Assembly: GCA_964634685.1 (NCBI GenBank)
Contig: CAZWLD010000001.1
Coordinates: 22,696 to 86,695, forward strand
Length of the DNA: 64,000 bases
Reading direction: 5' to 3'
Source: an uncultured Anaeroplasmatales bacterium
GTDB taxonomy: Bacteria; Bacillota_I; Bacilli_A; Acholeplasmatales; JAEDCM01
The notes beneath the pieces were generated by a model, which saw only the letters and a program-made list of their open reading frames with translations, was not told the origin of the DNA and made no database searches. The position numbers were made by a program, and so were the translations under genes. Shown here piece after piece: positions 25,793-35,196 of this stretch (the first letter of the stretch is position 1; every line of letters begins with the position of its first letter).

Positions 25793-28339
25793 GTGAAAAA
25801 AATGATTCATGTTTTAAAAGCAATTGCATCTGGATTGGTTTGGGGTTTAGGTCAAGCATTTAATAAACAATTTATTAAAGCAACAATGTTTTTTGTATTG
25901 TTTGTTGGTGTTGTTGGCTTAGAATTAGGTACTAGTCATTACTTTAATCCACGTGATTATGATGTTTATGAACATTATAATGGTGAATATTTAGGTAATT
26001 CAAGTGTACGAGGACAATTTATGGAATCCTTAATTGGTGAATATAGAGAAGAGCTTAATAAAGCTATAGTAAATGATTCCACTGATTTTGAAATTGACGA
26101 CCAATGGATTTCTATGCTTCTTGCAGAAAATGCCCTTGTTGAAACTACTAAAGTTATTGATGGAAAATCTTACGTACAATATGAAATAGTTGGTAATGGT
26201 AGTAATTCCTTAAATTTTAATCCAGAATTATTAATTCAAGCTGTTGGACAAAGAGTACGAAGTATTTATGATGCTCATATTTTATATGATGAATATGGAA
26301 GGGTAGTTCACCAAAACTATCTTACTGAAACTATATATGAAAATGGTGAAATCAAAGAAGTTAATAAAAAGGGAACTATCATTTTTGAAGGTAAAGAGGT
26401 TGAAGTAGATCTATACGACGAATCTTCTAAGGTTATGATGGATTTCCAACAAAAAGCTTGGGATGAAGCAGTAGAATATGCTACTCTTAAACAAAATGAA
26501 AAAACTGATAAGAAGCCTAGTGTAAAAAAAGAAAAAGATATATTTGAGGCTGCTCAAGTAACTTTAGAGGCTGCTAAAGTAACTTTAGATGGACTAACTG
26601 AAGGAACTGATGAATATAATGCTCAGTTAGATGTGTATAATAAGGCTTTAGCTGACTGTCAAGAGGCCGAAATTAAATATAAAGAAGCATTTAACAAGGA
26701 AATCAAAGGTGTTTATTCTGAATTAAGACGAGATGAATATAATTCATTATATAATCAGTATTTTGAAGAAATTATGTTTGAGGATTCATTCCTATTATTA
26801 GTAGCTAAGAAATTTGAGTGGGTAGCAGGTAAAGAAAGTGGTTTGGCTCACCATATGAATAATGATGACTGGTCAGAAGTAATGGCTCGTATTTACTTTG
26901 CTGCTTTCCCTGAGGAATATGAAGCATTAAGTGAAAAGGTTAATGCCTACTGGAACGAAAACGGTGGATTCTTCGGTAAAGGTATTTGGGCTATCTTATC
27001 ATTAGGAAAGAGCCCTAACGTTTCCTTAAGTAATGTTACACAAATGCAAATGTTCTGTCCAGTAAGTGCAGTTGAACAAACTCTTGAGGTTCATCACTCA
27101 GTTAACTTATTACTATATGGTATTGTTACCTTATTAGTATTAGTGTTTGTTGTAATTTTCTATTTATGGAATGTTAGAGATGCATATAAAACTTCAGTTG
27201 CTCGAGCTACTGAAAAGGCAAAAGCTAAAGAAGAAGGACGTAAACCAGTTTATCAAACTGAAAGAGAATACTTCCATGATATGTATGAGGAGTGCTTCCC
27301 TTATATTTTCTTAGCCCCTGCTGTAATTCTTATGGCATTTATTAGCGTTATGCCAATTATCTTCTCGTTATTAATTGCATTTACCAATTATGATAAGAAT
27401 CATATACCTCCAGGACAGGTTATTTCTTGGGTTGGATTAGAGAACTTTGCAAGCTTATTGAATTTCTCTGGTAATGGTGGAATTCCATTTGGAGATGCTT
27501 TCTGGAAAGTATTATGTTGGACATTGATTTGGGCTGTTGGATCAACCTTCACATGTTTCTTTGGTGGATTTATCCAAGCTATCGTTGTTAACAATGAACG
27601 CGTTATTTTCCGTAAATTCTGGCGTACTATCCTAATTTTACCTTGGGCCGTTCCAGCATTAGTATCTCAAATGATGTTCAAATTATTCTTTGATTCTCAA
27701 AATGGTGCTATGAACGTGTTCTTAAAGAATATCGGTGTTACTGATTTCTTAACAAAAACTGGATTTATTGTTACTGACCCTAATAAATTTGCGGAAATAA
27801 GAAATGGTGATTTTGTTGATAAATTCTTCTATTTAGGAACTAATAATATCCAATGGTATGACAACATTGTTAACCCATGGTTACCACGTATCTTCATCAT
27901 CGTATTGAATATTTGGTTAGGTTTCCCTTATTTCATGGCTATGATGAGTGGTATTATGACTTCAATTTCTAAGGATTTATATGAAGCTGCTGAAATTGAT
28001 GGTGCTACTAAGTTCCAACAATTCCAAAAAATTACAGTACCGCTTGTATTGTATTCAACTGCACCATTGTTAATTATGAGTTTCTCATCTAACTTCAATA
28101 ACTTCGGTGTTATCTACTTCGTTACTGGTGGTGGATATGGTACATCTGACCAAGCAAATGCTTTTGCCGGAAATACCGATATCTTAATTTCTTGGATTTA
28201 TAACTTAACAACAACGGATACGAATAGATGGTATTCAATGGCATCAGTATTCTCAATATTGATCTTCTTAGTCGTTGCGTCTATTTCAACATACAATTTC
28301 TTACAAACAAAATCATTCAAAGAGGAGGATATGATCTAA
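25793..28339 (+). CDS. MalF-type ABC permease with a ~480-aa N-terminal extension containing a ~390-aa soluble (coiled-coil-rich) domain
   Basis: C-terminal half is a canonical MalF/MdxF core with the EAA loop EAAEIDGATKFQQFQKITVPL. The N-terminal half has hydrophobic segments at ~aa 8-46 and ~437-460 flanking a hydrophilic region (nt ~25931-27100). Confidence 0.8.
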   Translation: MKKMIHVLKAIASGLVWGLGQAFNKQFIKATMFFVLFVGVVGLELGTSHYFNPRDYDVYEHYNGEYLGNSSVRGQFMESLIGEYREELNKAIVNDSTDFEIDDQWISMLLAENALVETTKVIDGKSYVQYEIVGNGSNSLNFNPELLIQAVGQRVRSIYDAHILYDEYGRVVHQNYLTETIYENGEIKEVNKKGTIIFEGKEVEVDLYDESSKVMMDFQQKAWDEAVEYATLKQNEKTDKKPSVKKEKDIFEAAQVTLEAAKVTLDGLTEGTDEYNAQLDVYNKALADCQEAEIKYKEAFNKEIKGVYSELRRDEYNSLYNQYFEEIMFEDSFLLLVAKKFEWVAGKESGLAHHMNNDDWSEVMARIYFAAFPEEYEALSEKVNAYWNENGGFFGKGIWAILSLGKSPNVSLSNVTQMQMFCPVSAVEQTLEVHHSVNLLLYGIVTLLVLVFVVIFYLWNVRDAYKTSVARATEKAKAKEEGRKPVYQTEREYFHDMYEECFPYIFLAPAVILMAFISVMPIIFSLLIAFTNYDKNHIPPGQVISWVGLENFASLLNFSGNGGIPFGDAFWKVLCWTLIWAVGSTFTCFFGGFIQAIVVNNERVIFRKFWRTILILPWAVPALVSQMMFKLFFDSQNGAMNVFLKNIGVTDFLTKTGFIVTDPNKFAEIRNGDFVDKFFYLGTNNIQWYDNIVNPWLPRIFIIVLNIWLGFPYFMAMMSGIMTSISKDLYEAAEIDGATKFQQFQKITVPLVLYSTAPLLIMSFSSNFNNFGVIYFVTGGGYGTSDQANAFAGNTDILISWIYNLTTTDTNRWYSMASVFSILIFLVVASISTYNFLQTKSFKEEDMI

Positions 28340-28340
28340 T

Positions 28341-29738
28341 ATGTTACCTTTTATTATCGTTACTGCCGTATTAGCAGTTATTCTAGTCATATTTGGAATC
28401 AATTTCTCCCTTGTATTGCATAATGCTGATTGTCGAGGAATTGAACATAAACAAGTTTTATCTAAATTCTTCATCCCATTTTATGGTGTATCCTGTGTAA
28501 AGAAAATGGGTGAAGTTAAAAATACTTATCTTGCAGAAAAGGTGTTATCTGTTAAGGGATATGTTACAACAATTGTTAAGTGGATTTTACTAGCTAGTGT
28601 ATTATTCCTTGGTCTTAATATTGCTATTTCCTTTAAATTGAATTTCTTATGGACTGTTTGTGGATGGTTTGTTATTATTATTTTCTTCTTCGTGAATTCA
28701 TCAGTTTGTTCATCTATCGCCTACAAGAAAGGTATGAATAGATTGGCAGCTGGATTCTTTGGATTTGTTCCATTTGTTTCAACCTTCTATTATTGTTTAA
28801 CAATTGGAAAGAAGAGAATTTTACCTGAAACTGTTTATCAAACTTATTCATTCAAGGATATTTTAGGTCGTTTAGTTATCTATGGAGAATTAGTAGTATT
28901 ATCATTTGTGGTTTTAATTCCTATTGTTTACTTATTAGGTTCTTCATTATCTCCTACTGATTCTATTCCACGTGAGATTTGGCCTTCAAAACCGACATGG
29001 AGAAACTTTGAAATTTTGTTTAAGCAGATAAAAACTAGTACTTCAGCTACCGGAGTAGTTACAGAAACTAATGTATATTATTGGTATTGGTTTAGAAATA
29101 CATTAATTGTTGCGATTTTAACTATGATTTTCTCAGTTATCATCATTACTATTACCGCATATGTGTTCTCGAGATTTAAATTCAAAGGACAAAAAGCTGG
29201 TTTATTAACAATGCTAGTATTACAAATGTTCCCAACATTTATTAGTATGGTTGCTTACTATAACTTATTAAAGATGTTAGGTTTATTAAATAACCCATAT
29301 GCCTTAATTGCTATCTATTCATCTGGAGCAATTCCATATAATGTATGGTTAATCAAAGGATTCCTACAAAATATTCCTAAGGATTTGGATGAATCCGCTA
29401 CAATTGATGGTGCGAATAGATTACAAATTTTTGCTAGAATTATTTTCCCATTAATTCTTCCAATCATTACATTCGTTGCAGTTAGCCAATTTATGGCTCC
29501 ATGGCTTGACTATATCCTACCAAGTTATATTTTAACCGCGAAGAATATTCCTGAAACAAAGAACTATACATTAGCAGTTGGTTTATTTAGATTTATTAAC
29601 GATGTAGGAAACGAATTATATCAACCAACATTATTCTGTGCAGGTTCGTTGATTATCGCAATCCCAATTTCTGTATTATACGTTGTATTCCAAAGATATC
29701 TTATCGAAGGAATTACAGCTGGTGCTACAAAAGGATAG
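28341..29738 (+). CDS. MalG-type ABC permease with a ~165-aa N-terminal extension carrying about 4 extra hydrophobic segments
   Basis: EAA loop ESATIDGANRLQIFARIIFPL. The canonical MalG core starts near LGRLVIYGELVVLSF. The extension spans nt 28341-28850. Confidence 0.8.
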   Translation: MLPFIIVTAVLAVILVIFGINFSLVLHNADCRGIEHKQVLSKFFIPFYGVSCVKKMGEVKNTYLAEKVLSVKGYVTTIVKWILLASVLFLGLNIAISFKLNFLWTVCGWFVIIIFFFVNSSVCSSIAYKKGMNRLAAGFFGFVPFVSTFYYCLTIGKKRILPETVYQTYSFKDILGRLVIYGELVVLSFVVLIPIVYLLGSSLSPTDSIPREIWPSKPTWRNFEILFKQIKTSTSATGVVTETNVYYWYWFRNTLIVAILTMIFSVIIITITAYVFSRFKFKGQKAGLLTMLVLQMFPTFISMVAYYNLLKMLGLLNNPYALIAIYSSGAIPYNVWLIKGFLQNIPKDLDESATIDGANRLQIFARIIFPLILPIITFVAVSQFMAPWLDYILPSYILTAKNIPETKNYTLAVGLFRFINDVGNELYQPTLFCAGSLIIAIPISVLYVVFQRYLIEGITAGATKG

Positions 29739-29761
29739 AATTAGAATTGTGAGGACAAATT

Positions 29762-31474
29762 ATGGAAAAAAAATGGTGGATGGAAGCCGTTGGCTATCAA
29801 ATTTATGTAAAGAGCTTTTATGACAGCAATAATGATGGAATTGGTGATATTCGAGGAATTATCGAAAAACTTGATTATTTAGATCACCTTGGCGTTAATT
29901 TATTATGGTTATGTCCATTTTATAAATCACCAATGGATGATAATGGATATGATGTTTCTGATTATTATGATGTCGCCCCTGAATATGGTACCTTAAATGA
30001 TGTCAAGGAGCTAATTGAAAAGGCTCATAAAAAGGGAATAAAAATTATTGCAGATTTAGTCTTAAATCATACATCAGATGAACATCCATGGTTTATTGAA
30101 TCACGTTCAAGCTTAGATAATCCGAAAAGAGATTATTATATTTGGCGTAAGCCTAAATTTAAAAATGGCAAAGAGGTCGAACCAACCAACTGGGCATCAT
30201 TCTTTGGTGGATCCTGTTGGCAGAAGGATGAGACTACTGGAGAATATTATATGAAAATATTCTCCAAGAAAATGCCAGATTTAAATTGGGCAAATCCAAA
30301 TGTTCGTGATGATATGAAAAGGATGGCCTTATGGTGGCTTGATTTAGGTATTGATGGATTTAGAATCGATGCGGTTGCCCATATTGGACGCGGTAACTTT
30401 GTTGATTCTAGAATGAAATCAAATGACTATTATAAGCCTGATTGGCGTAAATTTTCAAATTTACCAATTTTACATAATTATTTAAAAGAAATGAACCATG
30501 ATGTTTTTAGAACCAAGGATATTGTTGTCGTTGGTGAAGTCGGAGGAGGAGCTAAGGTTAGCGAAGCGATTCGTTATGCAGGCTTCAAATCTGAAGAAAT
30601 GAATATGGTTTTCAACTTTGATCATAACTGGTGTAATAATTTATGGGATATCTCAAATCTCGATGATTTAGAGGTTAATTTACTAGAATTAAAAAAGCAT
30701 TTTAAGAATTGGCAATATGGATTGTATAACAAATCATGGACTCCAATATATTGGCTAAACCATGATCATCCACGTGTTATGAGTGCCTACGGAAATGTTA
30801 AAGAGCTCAAGCTATCAGGAAAGATGCTTGCGAATGCCTTATATTTCATGTGGGGAACACCATTTATCTATAACGGTGAAGAGATTGGTATGACCAATTA
30901 TCCATTTAAAGAACTAGAAGAATATCGTGATGTTTCTGTTTATAACAATTATCGAATCAATGTTACCGAAGGTAATATGGATAAGGATTTGTTCATTGCC
31001 AAAACTGCAATGTCAAGTCGTGATAATGCAAGAACACCGATGCAATGGTCTAGTGAAGAAAATGGTGGCTTTACAAAGAGCCATCCTTGGATGAATGTTA
31101 ATCCAAATTACAAATTTATTAATGTTGCGAGCCAACTAAATGATGAGGATTCGTTATTTAACTATTATCGTAAAGTTATTAATTTACGAAGAAATAGTGA
31201 ATATAAGGATGTTATCGTTTATGGTAAATATGAATTATTATTTGAAGACGATCCTAAGCTTTATGTTTATAGTCGTACTTTAGGTGATAAGATGATTTTA
31301 GTGATTGCTAATTTCTATAATTGTGAAGCTAGTATTGATTTAAGTGATTATATTTTATTGAATAGTATTACTTCAAATTATTCCGATTTGTTAAATAATG
31401 ATGGAGTAATTAGTATTCGTCCGTATGAATCATTTGTATTGGATGTAAAAAAGAGAAATAACGAGGTGAAATAA
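29762..31474 (+). CDS. malL: Oligo-1,6-glucosidase / alpha-glucosidase (GH13 subfamily 31-like), cytoplasmic
   Basis: WW.EAVGYQIYVKSFYDSNNDGIGDIRGI..KLDYL..LGVNLLWLCPFYKSPMDDNGYDVSDYY. DLVLNHTSDEH, GFRIDAVAHI, VGEVGG, WLNHDHPR. Confidence 0.88.
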   Translation: MEKKWWMEAVGYQIYVKSFYDSNNDGIGDIRGIIEKLDYLDHLGVNLLWLCPFYKSPMDDNGYDVSDYYDVAPEYGTLNDVKELIEKAHKKGIKIIADLVLNHTSDEHPWFIESRSSLDNPKRDYYIWRKPKFKNGKEVEPTNWASFFGGSCWQKDETTGEYYMKIFSKKMPDLNWANPNVRDDMKRMALWWLDLGIDGFRIDAVAHIGRGNFVDSRMKSNDYYKPDWRKFSNLPILHNYLKEMNHDVFRTKDIVVVGEVGGGAKVSEAIRYAGFKSEEMNMVFNFDHNWCNNLWDISNLDDLEVNLLELKKHFKNWQYGLYNKSWTPIYWLNHDHPRVMSAYGNVKELKLSGKMLANALYFMWGTPFIYNGEEIGMTNYPFKELEEYRDVSVYNNYRINVTEGNMDKDLFIAKTAMSSRDNARTPMQWSSEENGGFTKSHPWMNVNPNYKFINVASQLNDEDSLFNYYRKVINLRRNSEYKDVIVYGKYELLFEDDPKLYVYSRTLGDKMILVIANFYNCEASIDLSDYILLNSITSNYSDLLNNDGVISIRPYESFVLDVKKRNNEVK

Positions 31475-31894
31475 ATGGCAAATAAATTTTCATCTTTTAT
31501 AACAAACTTAAAGGTTGATATTACAAAAAGTCCTGAATCATGGGCAATTATCCTCGTTGATTTTGTATACTTTTTGTTATTAATCTGGCCAACATTTATC
31601 ACAGTAAATGTTCCAAAATGTAATGTAGAGATTGTTGGATATGTCTTAATTTTCCGTATTTTATTAATTATTGCCTTCCTAGTCTTTGCATTAAGATTAC
31701 GTCATATCACTTTTGAAAATAAAGGTAATGCCAATTGGGTTTTAGCCTTGAGTTTATTCGCAATGGTTGTTACAGTATGTGCCTCTTATGGTATGGGCTG
31801 GATTATCATGCTAGAATTCATTGCAACTGTCCCGATGCTAGCTCTTGCAATTTTCATTAAAGTTAGATATCGTAAGGTTGTAAAAGATTATTAA
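31475..31894 (+). CDS. Hypothetical small membrane protein (4 hydrophobic segments), last gene of the mal operon
   Basis: ATG directly abuts the malL stop (TAAATG). Hydrophobic 139-aa product. A terminator follows. Confidence 0.55.
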   Translation: MANKFSSFITNLKVDITKSPESWAIILVDFVYFLLLIWPTFITVNVPKCNVEIVGYVLIFRILLIIAFLVFALRLRHITFENKGNANWVLALSLFAMVVTVCASYGMGWIIMLEFIATVPMLALAIFIKVRYRKVVKDY

Positions 31895-31903
31895 AATCAA
31901 TGA

Positions 31904-31936
31904 AGTGGGGCTTCAAAAAGCCTCACTTTTTTTTTA
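31904..31936 (+). terminator. Rho-independent terminator of the mal operon
   Basis: 10-bp stem AGTGGGGCTT / AAGCCTCACT (one G-U pair), loop CAAA, then T10. Confidence 0.85.
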
Positions 31937-31955
31937 CAATATTGTATTTTTTATA

Positions 31956-31983
31956 TTGACAATTGGACATTATATTATATAAT
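31956..31983 (+). promoter_or_regulatory. Sigma-A-type promoter of the pot operon
   Basis: TTGACA (31956-31961), 16-nt spacer, TATAAT (31978-31983). Leaves a ~130-nt leader before the GTG at 32119. Confidence 0.65.
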
Positions 31984-32118
31984 ATAGTAGTGGTTTATTA
32001 TTGGTTAACTACTTGTTTATAAATACTAAACAAGTATCCTAATCAATGCTTTTTTTAAGGCTTTGAGTTTATAAATATTAAACCCGTTGTTAAGAATCTC
32101 TAATCGGAGGATGAAGAA

Positions 32119-33615
32119 GTGGAAAAGATTATTGAATTAAAGGGAGTTACAAAGGAATTTAATGGGGTTAAGGCTGTCGATAACTTCAATTTTTATGTAA
32201 ATAAGGGAGAGTTTGTGACCTTTTTAGGGCCATCTGGTTGTGGTAAAACAACAACCCTAAGAATGATTGCGGGCTTTGAAACAGTTTCGAGCGGTCAAAT
32301 ATTATTAAATGGCGAGGATATTTCGAACATTCCTCCGAATAAAAGACCGATTAATACTGTCTTTCAAAGATATGCTTTATTTCCACACTTAGATGTCTAT
32401 GATAATATTTCTTTTGGTTTAAAGCTTAAAAAGATTAAAACTGATAAGGTAGATCGAAAGGGTCGCCCTGTTTATCGTAAGCTAACCAAAGAGGAAATCG
32501 ATAAAAAAGTAATGAATGCCTTAAAAATCGTAGATTTAGAAGATTTTGAATGGCGCGATATTACAACGCTATCGGGAGGCCAGCAACAGCGTGTTGCGAT
32601 TGCCCGCGCGATTGTTAATGAACCTGAAATCTTATTATTAGATGAACCTCTTGGGGCTTTAGATTTAAAGATGCGTAAGGAAATGCAGCTTGAATTAAAG
32701 GAAATGCATAAAAAATTAGGTATTACCTTTATTTATGTTACTCATGATCAAGAGGAAGCATTAACAATGAGTGATACGATTGTCATTATGAAGGATGGTA
32801 TGATTCAACAAATTGGTAAGCCAAGAGATATTTATGATGAGCCCAAAAATGCTTTTGTTGCGGACTTTATCGGTGATAGTAATATCTATAGTGGAACCAT
32901 TATTGATGATAACCACGTTCTTTTCCTTAATCATCGCTTTGAATGTGTTGATAAATTTCCAAAAAATGAAAAGGTTGATGTTGTCATTAGGCCAGAAGAT
33001 ATTTACCTCTTAGATGAAGGTAAAGGTATGGTTGATGGTAAATTAGTTAGTAAGATTTTCAAAGGTGTTCATTATGAATATACAATGATGATTGGAAAAA
33101 ATGAAGTCGTTATCCAAGATACGCAGGACTTTGAAATTGATAAAATGGCTAGTATTTTCGTAAAACCATTTGATATTCATATTATGAATAAGGAATTTAC
33201 ATCAAACAAGTATTTAGGATATATTGATAAACATAACAATGTTTGCTTCGCAGAAGGATGCTTTGAATGCGATATTACTCAGCTTTTACCAGGTTCACAT
33301 ATCGATGAAGAAGGCTATTTGGTTGGACCAGATGAAAAAATCTATGATTTAACGGATGCGGATGTTTCGGTTGAGGTTGATCTAAAAAGCATTGAAATCA
33401 TTGATAATGAGGATGATGGCGAGGTTGCCGGCGAAATTGTATCTATTATTTATAAAGGTGACCATTATCAAATTATTATCCGAACTAAGGAAGATGAGGA
33501 TTTTGTTGTCGATACCGAATATACATGGAATGAATTTGACCGCGTATCAGTAAAGATCAAGAAGGAAGATATCAAGCTTACATTAACAAAAGAGGTTTCA
33601 GCTTATGAAAAGTAG
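32119..33615 (+). CDS. potA: Spermidine/putrescine ABC transporter ATPase with an extended C-terminus (tandem TOBE-like regions)
   Basis: GTG start 8 nt after [39 protein letters not shown]. 498 aa against ~370 typical. Confidence 0.88.
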   Translation: MEKIIELKGVTKEFNGVKAVDNFNFYVNKGEFVTFLGPSGCGKTTTLRMIAGFETVSSGQILLNGEDISNIPPNKRPINTVFQRYALFPHLDVYDNISFGLKLKKIKTDKVDRKGRPVYRKLTKEEIDKKVMNALKIVDLEDFEWRDITTLSGGQQQRVAIARAIVNEPEILLLDEPLGALDLKMRKEMQLELKEMHKKLGITFIYVTHDQEEALTMSDTIVIMKDGMIQQIGKPRDIYDEPKNAFVADFIGDSNIYSGTIIDDNHVLFLNHRFECVDKFPKNEKVDVVIRPEDIYLLDEGKGMVDGKLVSKIFKGVHYEYTMMIGKNEVVIQDTQDFEIDKMASIFVKPFDIHIMNKEFTSNKYLGYIDKHNNVCFAEGCFECDITQLLPGSHIDEEGYLVGPDEKIYDLTDADVSVEVDLKSIEIIDNEDDGEVAGEIVSIIYKGDHYQIIIRTKEDEDFVVDTEYTWNEFDRVSVKIKKEDIKLTLTKEVSAYEK

Positions 33616-34399
33616 ATTGCATTTTCAAAGAAGATATCTCTCAATACCCTATTTGGTTTTTAACATTGCTTTTGTGGTTTTACCATTATTGTTAATTGTC
33701 TATTATGCCTTTACGGATTCTCAAGGATCATTTTCTTTAGCCAATTTATCAGATTTCTTTTCCTCAAGTGGAAATATTTGGGTTTTGGTTGTTAGTATTT
33801 TAATTGGTCTTGGAAACACCGCAATTTGCCTTTTAATCGGTTATCCGATTGCGATGTTATTAGCCAATAAAAAATATAACAAAAGCTATATTTTGGTTTT
33901 ATTATTCATTATGCCAATGTGGATTAACTTCGTATTACGTACAGGGGCAACCCGTGATTTATTAGGGTGGATTGGAATTGATGGCGGCCATTATCCCTAT
34001 GTTACAACGATGATTGGTATGGTTTATAATTATTTACCATTTGTGATTTTGCCTCTTTATTCCACAATGCTTAAATTGGATAAAAATCAAATTGAAGCCT
34101 CCTATGATTTAGGTGCCAATAAGTTTCAAACCTTCTATAAGACTATCATTCCGATGTCAATGCCAGGTATTTCGAGTGCTGTCACAATGGTATTAATGCC
34201 TACAATGTCAAGCTATGTCATAAGTGACATTATGTCCGAAAGAAAAATTACCTTGATTGGTAATTACATTAACGATGCCTTTGGTCAAAGCTTGTGGAAT
34301 GCTGGTAGCTTATATGCATTAATAATGCTCATTCTTGTGTTCATAACAATGAAAATTTTCAAGAATCAGGATGAGGATGCCCGAGGTGGATTATGGTAA
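33605..34399 (+). CDS. potB: Spermidine/putrescine ABC transporter permease
   Basis: EAA loop [25 protein letters not shown]. Overlaps the potA stop. Six TM segments. Confidence 0.85.
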   Translation: MKSRLHFQRRYLSIPYLVFNIAFVVLPLLLIVYYAFTDSQGSFSLANLSDFFSSSGNIWVLVVSILIGLGNTAICLLIGYPIAMLLANKKYNKSYILVLLFIMPMWINFVLRTGATRDLLGWIGIDGGHYPYVTTMIGMVYNYLPFVILPLYSTMLKLDKNQIEASYDLGANKFQTFYKTIIPMSMPGISSAVTMVLMPTMSSYVISDIMSERKITLIGNYINDAFGQSLWNAGSLYALIMLILVFITMKIFKNQDEDARGGLW

Positions 34400-35196
34400 A
34401 AAAAGTCTTAGCTAAATCATATATATATTTAATTCTTTTATTAATGTATTTGCCAATTCTTGTTTTAATTATTTTTAGCTTTACTAATACGCAAGTAATT
34501 GGTGATTGGAATGGCTTTAGCCTCAAGCTTTATCAAGATTTATTTAAGGATAAGGTTGTGCTCACAGCTGTTCGAAATACGATTTTGGTTGCGGTAGTAT
34601 CGTCGATTTTCTCAACTATTTTAGGTACACTTGGTGCTATTGGTATTTATTATAGCAAAAAGAAGATGAAGCGCTTTATGGAAGGCGTTGGCCAAATATC
34701 GGTAGCTAATGCCGAAATTGTAACGGCAATTTCCTTAACAATTTTATTCGTTGTTATTGCGAAAATCTTTCACATAAACAATATTTTTGGCTTTGCAACT
34801 CTAATTATTGGACATATGGTTTTATCTGTTCCCTTTGTTGTATTAAATGTAACGCCAAAGCTTAAGCAAATGGATCAAAATATTTATGAGGCCGCTCTTG
34901 ATTTGGGAGCGACGCCCGCTCAAGCCTTATGGAAGGTTGTGGTGCCAGAGATTATTCCTGGTGTGTTATCGGGATTCCTATTATGTATTACATTGTCCCT
35001 TGATGATTATATTATTACAGCCTTTACAAGGGATAATTCCTTCCAAACTCTTTCGACATTTGTCGAAGGTGTTACCGCAAAAGGAAGCTTACCAAGTGAT
35101 TTGCGTGCGTTAACAACATTAATATTTATCATTATGCTTGGTGTGCTATTTATTATTAATTGGCGCACAAAGGACAAAAGAGAGGAGAAAAAATAA
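34393..35196 (+). CDS. potC: Spermidine/putrescine ABC transporter permease
   Basis: EAA loop EAALDLGATPAQALWKVVVPEIIPG. Overlaps the potB stop. Confidence 0.85.
   Translation: MVKKVLAKSYIYLILLLMYLPILVLIIFSFTNTQVIGDWNGFSLKLYQDLFKDKVVLTAVRNTILVAVVSSIFSTILGTLGAIGIYYSKKKMKRFMEGVGQISVANAEIVTAISLTILFVVIAKIFHINNIFGFATLIIGHMVLSVPFVVLNVTPKLKQMDQNIYEAALDLGATPAQALWKVVVPEIIPGVLSGFLLCITLSLDDYIITAFTRDNSFQTLSTFVEGVTAKGSLPSDLRALTTLIFIIMLGVLFIINWRTKDKREEKK

Noticed and set aside
32111-32140. ATG at 32111 immediately after GGAGG, giving a 9-codon ORF (MKKWKRLLN) overlapping the potA start.
   Set aside because: Zero spacing to the SD makes initiation unlikely. The GTG at 32119 has proper spacing and yields the conserved PotA N-terminus.
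35052-35067. Perfect inverted pair of Spo0A boxes, TTCGACA-TT-TGTCGAA, inside potC.
   Set aside because: It lies within a conserved coding frame (LSTFVEG) with no promoter context, so it is most simply a coincidental palindrome. It would only be worth revisiting if Spo0A ChIP data existed.
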